From: Verrucomicrobiota bacterium | GTDB lineage: Bacteria > Verrucomicrobiota > Verrucomicrobiia > Limisphaerales > UBA11358 | DNA length: 64,000 nucleotides | Direction of reading: 5' to 3' | Assembly (NCBI GenBank): GCA_049509875.1 | Contig: JBEKZM010000015.1 | Location: 4,546-68,545, forward strand | In this document: positions 1 through 8,729 of the stretch, one piece after another | Numbering within the stretch: the first letter of the stretch is position 1 | How the letters are laid out: each line of letters starts with the position of its first letter | Program-made: the position numbers and the translations under genes | The notes under the pieces: generated by a model | What the model was told of the DNA's origin: nothing | The model's database searches: none | The model's input: the letters and a program-made list of their open reading frames with translations, nothing else

Positions 1-452
1 GTGGCGATCACAAAGAACATCTGCGACAAATCGCGCCGCTCGCCCTCGACGCTCACCTGCCGTTCGCCCATGGCCTCGAGCAGCGCCGACTGCGTGCGGG
101 GCGAGGCGCGGTTAATTTCGTCGGCCAGCAAAATATTGGTGAACACGGGTCCTTCATGGAACTGGAACCGCTGGTCGCGCTGGTTGAAAATCGAGACGCC
201 CAAAATATCCGAGGGCAGCAGGTCGGGCGTGAACTGGATGCGCTTGAATTGCGCGGCGATGGAGCGGGCCAGCGCCTTGGCGAGCGTCGTCTTGCCCGTA
301 CCGGGATAATCTTCCAGCAGGACGTGGCCGCCGGCGGCGAGCGCGGCGAGCAAGTGCCGGGTGGCGCCAGCCTGGCCGCGCATGATTTTGGCGATGTTGT
401 CGGAGATTTTACGGTAAGTTTCCCGGGCAGCGGCAAATTCAGTCACAGTCAT
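1..452 (-). CDS. MoxR-family AAA+ ATPase (N-terminal ~150 aa; gene runs off the left window edge)
   Basis: Own translation of the minus strand from the ATG at 452..450: MTVTEFAAARETYRKISDNIAKIMRGQAGATRHLLAALAAGGHVLLEDYPGTGKTTLAKALARS...ILLADEINRASPRTQSALLEAMGERQVSV. It has Walker A GTGKT and the LADEINRA box typical of MoxR ATPases. It is missing from the ORF track because the frame is open at position 1. Confidence 0.85.
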   Translation of the reverse strand, partial: MTVTEFAAARETYRKISDNIAKIMRGQAGATRHLLAALAAGGHVLLEDYPGTGKTTLAKALARSIAAQFKRIQFTPDLLPSDILGVSIFNQRDQRFQFHEGPVFTNILLADEINRASPRTQSALLEAMGERQVSVEGERRDLSQMFFVIA

Positions 453-643
453 GATTTGGGTGGCGCCATTAAAGCAGCCGGAGGGCCGATTTGAAAGGTT
501 TTACGATTGACGATTTTCGATTGACGCGGCTGCCAAGGGACCGCCGCGGATGGGCGATGGCAGAGCCTTGGCGATCGGGCGCCGCAATTAGACTTGTGAT
601 TGCGGCGCAGGCCAATGACAATCCGAGGTAATTTGAAAAAGGC

Positions 644-1804
644 ATGAATCCTATACGCATTGCGGAGTTAAATGCGCTCTTGACCCGGCTGATCCAGAGC
701 GCCGAGGGCATTTCCGATTTGATTTTTGTGGCCGGCAAGCCGCCCCAGGCCGAAATTTACGGCCGGCTCGTCATCCCGCCCGGCTGCACCGAGCCGCCGC
801 TCGACGGGCAACGCATCGAGACCCTCGCCCACGCCATCATGGCAGGCAACGAACGGCTGATCCGCGACCTGGCCCAGACCGGCTCGTGCGACTGCAGCCA
901 TGCCCTGGACGGCGTTTGCCGTTTCCGCGTGAACATCTACCGCCAGATCGGCAACCATGCCATGGTGCTGCGCCGGCTTTCCTCCGAGGTGCCCACGATG
1001 GAAAAGCTCGAGCTGGCACCCGTCTTTTACGAAATCATCAAGGAGAAAACGGGCCTGGTCTTTGTCACCGGCGGCACCGGCAGCGGCAAGACGACCACGC
1101 TGGCCGCCCTGTTGAATGAGGCGAATCGGAACCACGAGTGCCACATCGTCACGCTCGAGGACCCCGTGGAATTCGTGCATCCCCAACTAAAATGCACCGT
1201 GAGCCAGCGCGAGTTGGGCCGCGATTTTTATACGTTTCCCGACGGCCTCCGCGCCGCCCTGCGGCAGGCGCCGAAAATCATTCTCGTCGGCGAAATCCGC
1301 GACCGCGAAACGATGGAAATTGCGCTGACGGCCGGCGAAACCGGCCACGTCGTTTACAGCACCCTGCACACCATCAGCGCCGGCCAGACGATCAACCGCA
1401 TCCTCGGCATGTTCAGCCGGGACGAGGAGCAGCAGGTGCGCGAGCGCCTGGCTGGATCCCTGCGCTACATTATCAGCCAGCGGCTGGTGCCCAAAAAGGA
1501 GGGTGGACGCTTGCTGGTCACCGAGCTGATGGGCAGCAACCTGCGCAGCCGCGAGGCCATGGCGTTGGGCGAAAGCGAGAATCGCCGTTTTGCCGACATC
1601 ATTGAAGCGGGCGGCACCCTGGGCTGGCACAGCTTCGAGCAATCCCTCGCCAAAGCCTTCGAAGACGATTTAATCACCGAAGAGACCGCCCTGCTTTACA
1701 GCGTCAACAAACAAATGATGTACCAGCGCGTGGATGCCATCAAAAAGCGCAGCAGCGCTCCCGAGTCCCACGGGCTGAAGATGATGACTGTGCGAAAGCG
1801 CTGA
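644..1804 (+). CDS. pilT: PilT/PilU-type type IV pilus retraction (twitching motility) ATPase
   Basis: 386-aa ORF with Walker A GGTGSGKTTTLAAL, an Asp box VTLEDPVEF, and LVGEIRDRETMEIALTAGETGHVVYSTLHT (Walker B and His box of the secretion ATPase superfamily). Confidence 0.85.
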   Translation: MNPIRIAELNALLTRLIQSAEGISDLIFVAGKPPQAEIYGRLVIPPGCTEPPLDGQRIETLAHAIMAGNERLIRDLAQTGSCDCSHALDGVCRFRVNIYRQIGNHAMVLRRLSSEVPTMEKLELAPVFYEIIKEKTGLVFVTGGTGSGKTTTLAALLNEANRNHECHIVTLEDPVEFVHPQLKCTVSQRELGRDFYTFPDGLRAALRQAPKIILVGEIRDRETMEIALTAGETGHVVYSTLHTISAGQTINRILGMFSRDEEQQVRERLAGSLRYIISQRLVPKKEGGRLLVTELMGSNLRSREAMALGESENRRFADIIEAGGTLGWHSFEQSLAKAFEDDLITEETALLYSVNKQMMYQRVDAIKKRSSAPESHGLKMMTVRKR

Positions 1805-1962
1805 ACGCCAGCAAACGTTTCACCGGTGCAGGAATCTGATTTTCCAGGCTTCTTAAAGGTTTGCAAAATTTGGTCCGCGCCCTCCACGAAAATTCCAAAA
1901 AAACAGGCATTGACATCAGGCGCATTTCTGCTTTAATAGCCAACCCTTTGCGGGATTTTTTT

Positions 1963-2274
1963 ATGTACGCCGTTTTAGAAACAGGTAGCAAACAGTATCG
2001 CGTCGCCGCGGGCGACACGCTCGAAATTGAACGTCTCGAAACCGAGGCCGGCAAGCCGGTCACGTTCGACCGCGTGCTGCTCGTCAACAACGAGGGCAAG
2101 GTCACCATTGGTTCGCCCACCGTCAGCGGCGCCACCGTGGCCGCAGACGTCGTGGCCCATAAGCGCGACGAGAAGAAGCTCACGTATAAGATGAAGCGCC
2201 GCAAGGGCTACCGCAAGACCATCGGCCACCGCCAGGAGTTGACGGTGGTAAAAATCACCGCCATTAACGCCTGA
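1963..2274 (+). CDS. rplU: 50S ribosomal protein L21
   Basis: MYAVLETGSKQYRVAAGDTLEIERLE... is a canonical L21 N-terminus. I use the internal ATG (aa 35 of track ORF 1861..2274) as the start. Confidence 0.95.
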   Translation: MYAVLETGSKQYRVAAGDTLEIERLETEAGKPVTFDRVLLVNNEGKVTIGSPTVSGATVAADVVAHKRDEKKLTYKMKRRKGYRKTIGHRQELTVVKITAINA

Positions 2275-2324
2275 TTCGCGGATCGCTTTTAACATCCAGT
2301 AATACCATTTAACACCCACTTGTT

Positions 2325-2594
2325 ATGGCACATAAAAAAGGTCAAGGCAGCGTCAAGAACGGACGAGACAGCGTCAGCAAACGTCTGGGCGTCAAAGAAT
2401 TTGGCGGCGAAGTTGTCACCGCCGGCAGCATCATCGTCCGCCAGCGCGGCAGCAAATTCCTCGCCGGCCAGAACGTCGGCATCGGCCGCGATTGGACGCT
2501 CTTTGCGCTCAAGGACGGCGCGGTCAAATTCGACCAGAACGGCCGCCGCGTGAATATTGTGGCGACCACCACTACCACTACCACCACCACTTGA
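2325..2594 (+). CDS. rpmA: 50S ribosomal protein L27 with a C-terminal run of nine Thr
   Basis: [45 protein letters not shown]... is canonical L27. It follows rplU, as in most bacteria. It ends in ATTTTTTTTT. Confidence 0.95.
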   Translation: MAHKKGQGSVKNGRDSVSKRLGVKEFGGEVVTAGSIIVRQRGSKFLAGQNVGIGRDWTLFALKDGAVKFDQNGRRVNIVATTTTTTTTT

Positions 2595-2614
2595 ACGGCC
2601 CGCAAAAACTTTTC

Positions 2615-2647
2615 AGGCGAGGCCCGGCGCCTCGCCTTTTTGTTTTT
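2615..2647 (+). terminator. Rho-independent terminator after rplU-rpmA
   Basis: A 9-bp GC-rich stem (AGGCGAGGC / GCCTCGCCT, 2615-2623 and 2629-2637) with a 5-nt loop, followed by TTTTTGTTTTT. Confidence 0.75.
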
Positions 2648-2720
2648 GGCGGCGGCCTCATGATTTGGCTGTCACCGCGAGCGGCCACACAATCGCATTT
2701 GGACAGTTGCAAATTGACCC

Positions 2721-3911
2721 ATGTTTGTTGACGAAGTAAAAGTTTACGCTCAGGCCGGACACGGCGGCAAAGGCTGCGTGGCCTTCCACCGCGAGGCCTT
2801 CGTGGCCAAGGGCGGCCCCAGCGGCGGCAACGGCGGCCGCGGCGGCAGCGTCATCCTTCAGGCCGACCATGACCTGAACAACCTCGTCCAGCAGTATTAC
2901 GTGCCGCGGCTCATCGCCCCCGAAGGTGAAGCGGGCATGGGCAAGGGCATGGACGGCCACGCTGGCAAGGATCTGATCGTGAAGGTTCCCTGCGGTACGC
3001 TCGTCTGGTTGCTCAAGGACACCACCCCGCCCATCGAGACCAAGTCCGCCTCTGATGAGGACGAAGATGACAACGAAAAGCCGTTGCTGGCCAGCAGCAC
3101 CAGCCATCGCCAGGTCCTTCGTACTTCCCGGGGCCAGGTCGCGCGCGAAATTGACCTAGGCGCCGAACCTGAGGCTGCGCCCCAGGAGGAGAAAGCTGAA
3201 ATCCAGGGTGAACTTGTGGCCGACCTCACGGAGAACGGCCAGCAGTTTATTTTGTGCAAAGGCGGACGCGGAGGCCTGGGCAACCGCAATTTCGCCACCC
3301 CCCGCCGGCAGACCCCGCGCTTTGCCCAGCCCGGCGAGCCGGGCACCGAGGGCAATTACCGCCTGGAGCTTCGCCTCCTCGCCGAGATCGGCCTGGTCGG
3401 CTACCCGAACGCCGGCAAGTCCACGCTGCTAACGGCCATTTCCAAGGCGCGCCCCAAAATCGCCTCCTACCCGTTCACCACGCTGCATCCGCAAATTGGG
3501 ATCCTGGAATACCCGGACTGGAAGCGCCTGACCGTGTGCGACGTGCCCGGGCTGATTGAAGGCGCGCACCAGAACGTGGGCCTGGGCCACGCCTTTCTGC
3601 GCCACATCAAGCGCTGCAAAATTCTCGTTCTGCTGCTCGACATGGCCGGCACCGACAATCGCGATCCCTGGGATGATTACAAGCAATTGCTCAAGGAACT
3701 CGCCCTGTACGATCCGGCGATGCTCGAGAAGCGGCAGCTCGTGGTGGCCAACAAGATGGATGAAGCCGTGGCCGAGGCCAATTTGAAGCAGTTCAAAAAG
3801 AAGATCAAAAAAATCCCCGTCCTGCCGATTTCCGCCGCCTTCGACCAAGGCCTGGAAAACTTCAAGAAGACGATTCGCGAAGCCGTGGAAGAGGCGTCCA
3901 AAGCTACGTAG
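2721..3911 (+). CDS. obg: GTPase Obg/CgtA
   Basis: MFVDEVKVYAQAGHGGKGCVAFHREAFVAKGGPSGGNGGRGGSVIL is the glycine-rich Obg fold. G1 is GYPNAGKST, G3 is DVPGLIEGA and G4 is ANKMD. Conserved L21-L27-Obg neighbourhood. Confidence 0.95.
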   Translation: MFVDEVKVYAQAGHGGKGCVAFHREAFVAKGGPSGGNGGRGGSVILQADHDLNNLVQQYYVPRLIAPEGEAGMGKGMDGHAGKDLIVKVPCGTLVWLLKDTTPPIETKSASDEDEDDNEKPLLASSTSHRQVLRTSRGQVAREIDLGAEPEAAPQEEKAEIQGELVADLTENGQQFILCKGGRGGLGNRNFATPRRQTPRFAQPGEPGTEGNYRLELRLLAEIGLVGYPNAGKSTLLTAISKARPKIASYPFTTLHPQIGILEYPDWKRLTVCDVPGLIEGAHQNVGLGHAFLRHIKRCKILVLLLDMAGTDNRDPWDDYKQLLKELALYDPAMLEKRQLVVANKMDEAVAEANLKQFKKKIKKIPVLPISAAFDQGLENFKKTIREAVEEASKAT

Positions 3912-4482
3912 TCTCTGCTTCCAGAAACCGCATGACCGTATCGCCGTGCTTGAGCATCTTCACTTCCACCCAGGGAGCAGCCAGTTCCAGCGTGTCCCGT
4001 TTCGTGTGGCCCAGCACAAATCTTCCGCCGGGCGCCAGCAGCCTGGGCAGGTGCGCAGCGTCGAGCAATTGCTGCGCGAAGGAAGTCGAGCGGCGGTTCA
4101 CATTTTTCTCCCCGTAGGGCGGGTCGGCCAGGATCAAATCGAATTGCCGCCCGTCGGCCGCAAGCTGGTTCAGGGCGGGAAAGACATCCTGGGTGCGCAC
4201 CTCCAGCATGTCGCCATAGCCGGCACCGGCCGCATTGTGGCGGATGAAGTCGGCATGGCGATGCGATCTTTCGATGGCTAGCGCGCTCGCCGCGCCGCGA
4301 CTCAGGCATTCGAGGCTCAGTGCGCCGCTGCCGGCGAACAATTCGAGCACCCGCGCGCCGGCCACCCGCGCGCCCAGCGAATTAAACACCGCCTGCTTGA
4401 CGAGGTCCGGCGTCGGCCGCACGTCCAGTCCCTTGGGGACCTTCAAAATCCGCCGCGCTGCCTGGCCGCCGGTGATACGCAT
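3904..4482 (-). CDS. rsmD: 16S rRNA (guanine966-N2)-methyltransferase RsmD-like
   Basis: MRITGGQAARRILKVPKGLDVRPTPDLVKQAVFNSLG..., a SAM motif LELFAGSGALSLE and the catalytic ADPPY. Confidence 0.85.
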   Translation of the reverse strand: MRITGGQAARRILKVPKGLDVRPTPDLVKQAVFNSLGARVAGARVLELFAGSGALSLECLSRGAASALAIERSHRHADFIRHNAAGAGYGDMLEVRTQDVFPALNQLAADGRQFDLILADPPYGEKNVNRRSTSFAQQLLDAAHLPRLLAPGGRFVLGHTKRDTLELAAPWVEVKMLKHGDTVMRFLEAETT

Positions 4483-4515
4483 GGGGAAAATCCAAGCAGG
4501 AAGGCGCCCGCGGAA

Positions 4516-5694
4516 TTATTTGACCAGCGTCCGGCAGAACTTGTCGAGGCGGTCCAGGCCCTTCTCGATGTTGGCCATGCTGGTGGCATAGCTGAGCCGG
4601 ATGTAGTTATCGGCCCCAAAGGCGACGCCGGGAACGGCGGCCACTTTTTCCGTTTCGAGCAACCGGGCGCAGAACTCTGACGATTTAAGTCCGGTTCCGG
4701 AAATGTTGGGGAACAGGTAAAAGGCGCCCCGGGCGTTCACGCAGGAGAGGCCCGGAATGGCATTCAGATTCTGGTGCGCGTAGCGCCGGCGGCGGTCGAA
4801 TTCCGCCAGCCATTTGGGCAAGTGATCCTGGGGGCCGGTGAGCGCGGCCACGCCGCCTTTTTGCGCAAAAGAGGTTGGATTGCTGGTGCTGTGGCTTTGC
4901 ACGGCATCGATGGCCCGGGCAATCGGCTCCGGGGCGGCCAGAAACCCCAGCCGCCAGCCCGTCATGCTCCAGGCCTTGGCGAAGCCGTGGACAATGATGG
5001 TGTGATCCTGGTGCGCCGGCGAGAAACTGGCGACGCTCCTGACTTTTGCCCCGTCATACAGCAGGTGCTCGTAGATTTCGTCGCTCATGATGAGGACGTT
5101 CTTTTCCACGCAAACATCGCCGAGCGCCTTGACCTCTTCGGGGGAATAGACGCTGCCGGTGGGATTGCTGGGCGAATTGAGGATAAACAGCCGGGTATTC
5201 GGCGTGATGGCGCGGCGCAAGGCCTCGGGCGTCACTTTGAATTCAGTTTGGTCAGAGGTCGGCAGAATCACGGGCCGGGCGCCGGCCAGTTTGACCATTT
5301 CGGGGTAGCTCAGCCAGTAAGGCGCCGGAATGAGGACCTCGTCGCCCGGTTCGCAGGTGGCGAAGATGGTGTTAAAGCAGGAATGTTTGCCGCCGCAGGA
5401 GACAATGATCTGGGACGGCTTATACGTGAGGCCGTTCTCGTTTTTGAACTTGGCGGCGATGGCCTCGCGGAGTTCGGGAATGCCGCTGCTGGGCGTGTAC
5501 TTGGTAAAGCCGGCGGCGAGGGCCTTGGCGGCGGCGTCTTTGATGTGTTGCGGCGTGTCAAAATCCGGTTCGCCAGCACCAAAACCGACGACATCCTCGC
5601 CCGCGGCCTTCATCGCCTTGGCCTTGGCGTCGATGGCCAGGGTCAGCGATGGCGTCAATGAGGCGGCACGTTGGGAGATTTTATAATTCGTCAT
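4516..5694 (-). CDS. Class I/II pyridoxal-phosphate aminotransferase (aspartate aminotransferase-like)
   Basis: MTNYKISQRAASLTPSLTLAIDAKAKAMKAAGEDVVGFGAGEPDF..., NSPSNPTG, and the PLP lysine region HGFAKAWSMTGWRLG. I chose the start at aa 26 of track ORF 4516..5769. Confidence 0.9.
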   Translation of the reverse strand: MTNYKISQRAASLTPSLTLAIDAKAKAMKAAGEDVVGFGAGEPDFDTPQHIKDAAAKALAAGFTKYTPSSGIPELREAIAAKFKNENGLTYKPSQIIVSCGGKHSCFNTIFATCEPGDEVLIPAPYWLSYPEMVKLAGARPVILPTSDQTEFKVTPEALRRAITPNTRLFILNSPSNPTGSVYSPEEVKALGDVCVEKNVLIMSDEIYEHLLYDGAKVRSVASFSPAHQDHTIIVHGFAKAWSMTGWRLGFLAAPEPIARAIDAVQSHSTSNPTSFAQKGGVAALTGPQDHLPKWLAEFDRRRRYAHQNLNAIPGLSCVNARGAFYLFPNISGTGLKSSEFCARLLETEKVAAVPGVAFGADNYIRLSYATSMANIEKGLDRLDKFCRTLVK

Positions 5695-5781
5695 GCGCGG
5701 CCACAATTCTACGCACAAAAAAGTGCCGTGCAAGGCGTGATTTTCTTGGGACCAAGGGGCGAGCCGCATCAGGGCAAAGAA

Positions 5782-5821
5782 AAGAGCCTGACTAAAAAAC
5801 CACTAAAAAAGTCAGGCTCTT
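5782..5821 (-). terminator. Strong stem-loop, probably a minus-strand terminator or insulator upstream of the aminotransferase gene
   Basis: An 11-bp perfect inverted repeat AAGAGCCTGAC / GTCAGGCTCTT with an 18-nt A/T loop. On the minus strand it is followed by TTCTTTG. Confidence 0.4.
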
Positions 5822-6113
5822 AACCCTTATCCCAATCACCTACATCTATTCAGACCGGGCTGACGGGAAATCGTTCAAAGGAGTTTGAATTTTTTTCAAT
5901 CTTCTTTCAAACCGCACGCGAGCGGTGTCGTGTATGTATAAAGTGTTTTAGTTGAGTAACTTAATTAAAACCACTCGGCTCTTCGCTGTTTTCGATTGAA
6001 TGGGACTGGAGGACGTATGGTGGTTCAGTGATTGGAGTTCCGACGTGGGTTCCGAAAGACGCAAGCGGAGCACCTGGACACGGAAGACCCAAGATTTAAA
6101 TGGTTTAACGATC

Positions 6114-6149
6114 ACCCTCACCCCGCCCTCTCCCCCCAGGGAGAGGGTG
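6114..6149. repeat. REP-like hairpin element, family C (CCCTCACCCCGnCCCTCTCCCC...GGGAGAGGG)
   Basis: ACCCTCACCCCGCCCTCTCCCCCCAGGGAGAGGGTG. The inverted repeat is CCCTCTCC / GGAGAGGG. A second copy lies at 44238..44273. Anchored on track ORF 6000..6194 (TLTPPSPPRERV). Confidence 0.6.
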
Positions 6150-6277
6150 AAACGCTCCCAGCGTTTTGGCAAAAAGTGGCCTTGCTGGTTCTAGACATCC
6201 TCTGAAGTTCCAGCGGCAGCAAAGTGAATTCCGTTGAAATCAGCGAAAAACCAAAAGCCTGCCCCGGGTAATGCGGC

Positions 6278-6643
6278 TCAACTTTCCGTACTCTTGGCGG
6301 CTTCAATCAATTCCCAGAATTTCGGATTTTCCTGGAGCGCCTGATCCTCGGCCATTTTAATGCCCGAGCGGAAGAGGAAATCCTTGAGGGTATGGCGGCT
6401 CAGGATGCGATGGACCAGAACGCCCAGTTGGTGGCGTTCGAAGTAGATCCGATAATCCCCGACCCGGAATCGGTGGAGCGTGTGCCCGTCGCTTTCCAGT
6501 TTGCCAAAGTCGTCGAGCTCACTGCCAATGACATGCTGGGGCAGACCCCGGAAATCACCCAGAATTTGCAACTGCAGTTCCTTGGGCATCCCCGCCAGCT
6601 CGGCGGCGCTGGTGGGCGTGAAAATGATTTGGAATGTATTCAT
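6278..6643 (-). CDS. RelE/ParE-family toxin-like protein with a ~35-aa C-terminal extension
   Basis: The 121-aa ORF has a core HRFRVGDYRIYFERHQLGVLVHRILSRHT. This matches the RelE/ParE signature (yRlRvGdYRiiY...v.v..v.hR). Confidence 0.65.
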   Translation of the reverse strand: MNTFQIIFTPTSAAELAGMPKELQLQILGDFRGLPQHVIGSELDDFGKLESDGHTLHRFRVGDYRIYFERHQLGVLVHRILSRHTLKDFLFRSGIKMAEDQALQENPKFWELIEAAKSTES

Positions 6644-6794
6644 TGACGAACGCGGTCAATCTACCCCCCGCGCGCTGGCGAGGCAACTCTCATTCCGCTG
6701 CCGGCAATGCGGGGACGAATCTGGAGACCATAAGGGTTGTGGCATTGGGCAAGGGTAAGAATGCCCGTCACCACGCGGTTGAGGGAAACGGAGC

Positions 6795-8327
6795 TCACGG
6801 CACTGCCGGTTGTTTGCCAAATGCCTTGGGGTCGTCCCGGTCCGGTTCCTTGAGTTCCCTTCTTTGGCGGAGAACTTCCTGCATGAGACGGTTCTGGACT
6901 GAGGCGTAGGCGGGATCTCCCAGTACGCTCTTCATTTCCTCCGGGTCTTTGTGGCGGTCGAACAGCTCCCAATAATCCACATCCGGCGCATAAAAATGCA
7001 CGAGCGTGTACCGGTCGGTGATGACGCCATAATGAGGGCGAACATGGTGGTCGGCGGGATATTCATAATAATGGTAGTAAAAGGCCGTGCGCCAGTCCGC
7101 CGGCGTGCGGCCTTGGAGCAGCGGCAGGAGGCTGCGACCCTGCATCCGGTCGGGGATGGGAAGGCCAGCGGCCTCGAGAAACGTCTCCGCCAGATCGATG
7201 TGGGACACGATATCGCGGTTGACGCTGCGGGCTTTTACTTCGCCCGGCCAGCGAATGAGCAATGGCGTGCGGGCGGATTCCTGAAAAATCCAGCGCTTGT
7301 CAAACCAGCCGTGTTCGCCCAGGAAAAAGCCCTGGTCCGACGAGTAAATGACCATGGTGTTCGTCGCCAGGCCGGTTTCATCCAGGTACTTCAAAAGGCG
7401 GCCGACATTGTCGTCCACGCCCTTGATGCAACCGAGATAATCATGCATGAACCGGTTGTATTTCCATTCGACCAACTCCCGGCCGGTGAGGTTTTGCTTT
7501 AAGAAGGCCTGGTTGCGCGGGAGATAATATTCGTCCCACGGCTTTCTCTGTTCGGGTGTGAGGTCGGGCGGGTCGGCCAGTTTGCAGTCCTCGTTCATTC
7601 GCAGGGTGCGGGCGATGGTCATGTTCTGGTCATGCTCGGCCAGGCCGCGTCCCGAGTAATCGTCAAACAGGCTGTCCGGGGGCGCATAGTGGCGGCCCTG
7701 GTCGAAATCGAGGTCACGCAAGGCGGGTTCCCATTCGCGGTGCGGGGCCTTGTGCCAGCAGAACAACAAAAAGGGCCGGGCCGGGTCCCGATGCTTCAAC
7801 CAATCGAGCGAAAGGTCGGTGATCAGGTCGGTGACATAGCCGGGATGCTTCACGTGTTCGCCCTCGCGAATCATCTGGGGATCGTAATAAATGCCCTGTC
7901 CGGGCAGGATTTCCCAGTGGTCAAAGCCCGTGGGATCGGTTTCCAGGTGCCATTTGCCGATGATGGCGGTCTGGTAGCCGGCCTGTTGCAGCAGTTTTGG
8001 AAAGGTGATTTGCGAGCCGTCAAACCGGCAGTTGTAATTGTTGTAAAAGCCATTGATGTGGCTGTAGGTGGCCGTGATAATGGACGCGCGGCTGGGGCCG
8101 CAGAGCGCATTGCCCACCAGGCAATGATCAAACCGCATGCCCTCGCGCGCCAGGCGGTCGAGGTTGGGCGTCTGGATGAGATGCCGGGAATCGCCATAGG
8201 CGCTGACCGCCTGCCAGGCATGGTCATCGGCCAGAATGAAGAGAATATTCGGCCGCGAAGCGGCGCCATACAGCGTGGCCGGCAACAGAATGGCCGCCGC
8301 GAGGAGCTGACGGTTTATCCGGATCAT
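6795..8327 (-). CDS. Secreted Cys-type sulfatase (arylsulfatase / N-acetylglucosamine-6-sulfatase-like)
   Basis: Signal-like MIRINRQLLAAAILLPATLYGAA, then NILFILADDH, with the formylglycine motif CGPSRASI. The start is ambiguous (8327, 8339 or 8378). Confidence 0.9.
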   Translation of the reverse strand: MIRINRQLLAAAILLPATLYGAASRPNILFILADDHAWQAVSAYGDSRHLIQTPNLDRLAREGMRFDHCLVGNALCGPSRASIITATYSHINGFYNNYNCRFDGSQITFPKLLQQAGYQTAIIGKWHLETDPTGFDHWEILPGQGIYYDPQMIREGEHVKHPGYVTDLITDLSLDWLKHRDPARPFLLFCWHKAPHREWEPALRDLDFDQGRHYAPPDSLFDDYSGRGLAEHDQNMTIARTLRMNEDCKLADPPDLTPEQRKPWDEYYLPRNQAFLKQNLTGRELVEWKYNRFMHDYLGCIKGVDDNVGRLLKYLDETGLATNTMVIYSSDQGFFLGEHGWFDKRWIFQESARTPLLIRWPGEVKARSVNRDIVSHIDLAETFLEAAGLPIPDRMQGRSLLPLLQGRTPADWRTAFYYHYYEYPADHHVRPHYGVITDRYTLVHFYAPDVDYWELFDRHKDPEEMKSVLGDPAYASVQNRLMQEVLRQRRELKEPDRDDPKAFGKQPAVP

Positions 8328-8520
8328 TCGTCCAATCATACAATGCCGTGGGTCACCCGGCAAATCTGCCATAAACAAGGATCATGCCAAGGCGCGCCTG
8401 CGTCCGGCAACATGGTTTAATTCATTGACTTATCGCGGGGAAAATCTAGCCTCAACGTTTCCTGACTTTGTGGGAGCTGCCAACGGCAGTGATCCCGCCC
8501 CTGGAAAGGAAGTGAGTGCA

Positions 8521-8718
8521 TTGACAGAGATTAAACTAAAAAAAGGCGAACCGGTGGATCGTGCGTTGCGACGACTTAAGAAAAAAGTCGATCGCGAAGG
8601 CACGCTCAAGGTTGTTCGCAACCGCCGGCAATACGAGAAACCCAGCGCCGTGCGGCGCCGCAAGGAAAAGGTCGCCCGTTTCTCCGCCATGCTTGCCGCC
8701 CGTCACGCGGATGATTAA
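8521..8718 (+). CDS. rpsU: 30S ribosomal protein S21
   Basis: (L->M)TEIKLKKGEPVDRALRRLKKKVDREGTLKVVRNRRQYEKPSAVRRRKEKV is canonical S21. The TTG start at 8521 is preceded by GGAAAGGAAG. The track ORF 8425..8718 is over-extended upstream. Confidence 0.9.
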   Translation: MTEIKLKKGEPVDRALRRLKKKVDREGTLKVVRNRRQYEKPSAVRRRKEKVARFSAMLAARHADD

Positions 8719-8729
8719 ATTGAATTCGT

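Noticed and set aside
3904-3911. 8-nt convergent overlap of the obg and rsmD 3-prime ends
   Set aside because: Short convergent overlaps are common in compact GC-rich genomes. There is no evidence of special function.
5948-6172. 74-aa minus-strand ORF and 64-aa plus-strand ORF (6000..6194) in the AT-rich tail
   Set aside because: Both run through the family C hairpin (SLGGEGGVRV / TLTPPSPPRERV). They have atypical composition for this genome and lack start context.
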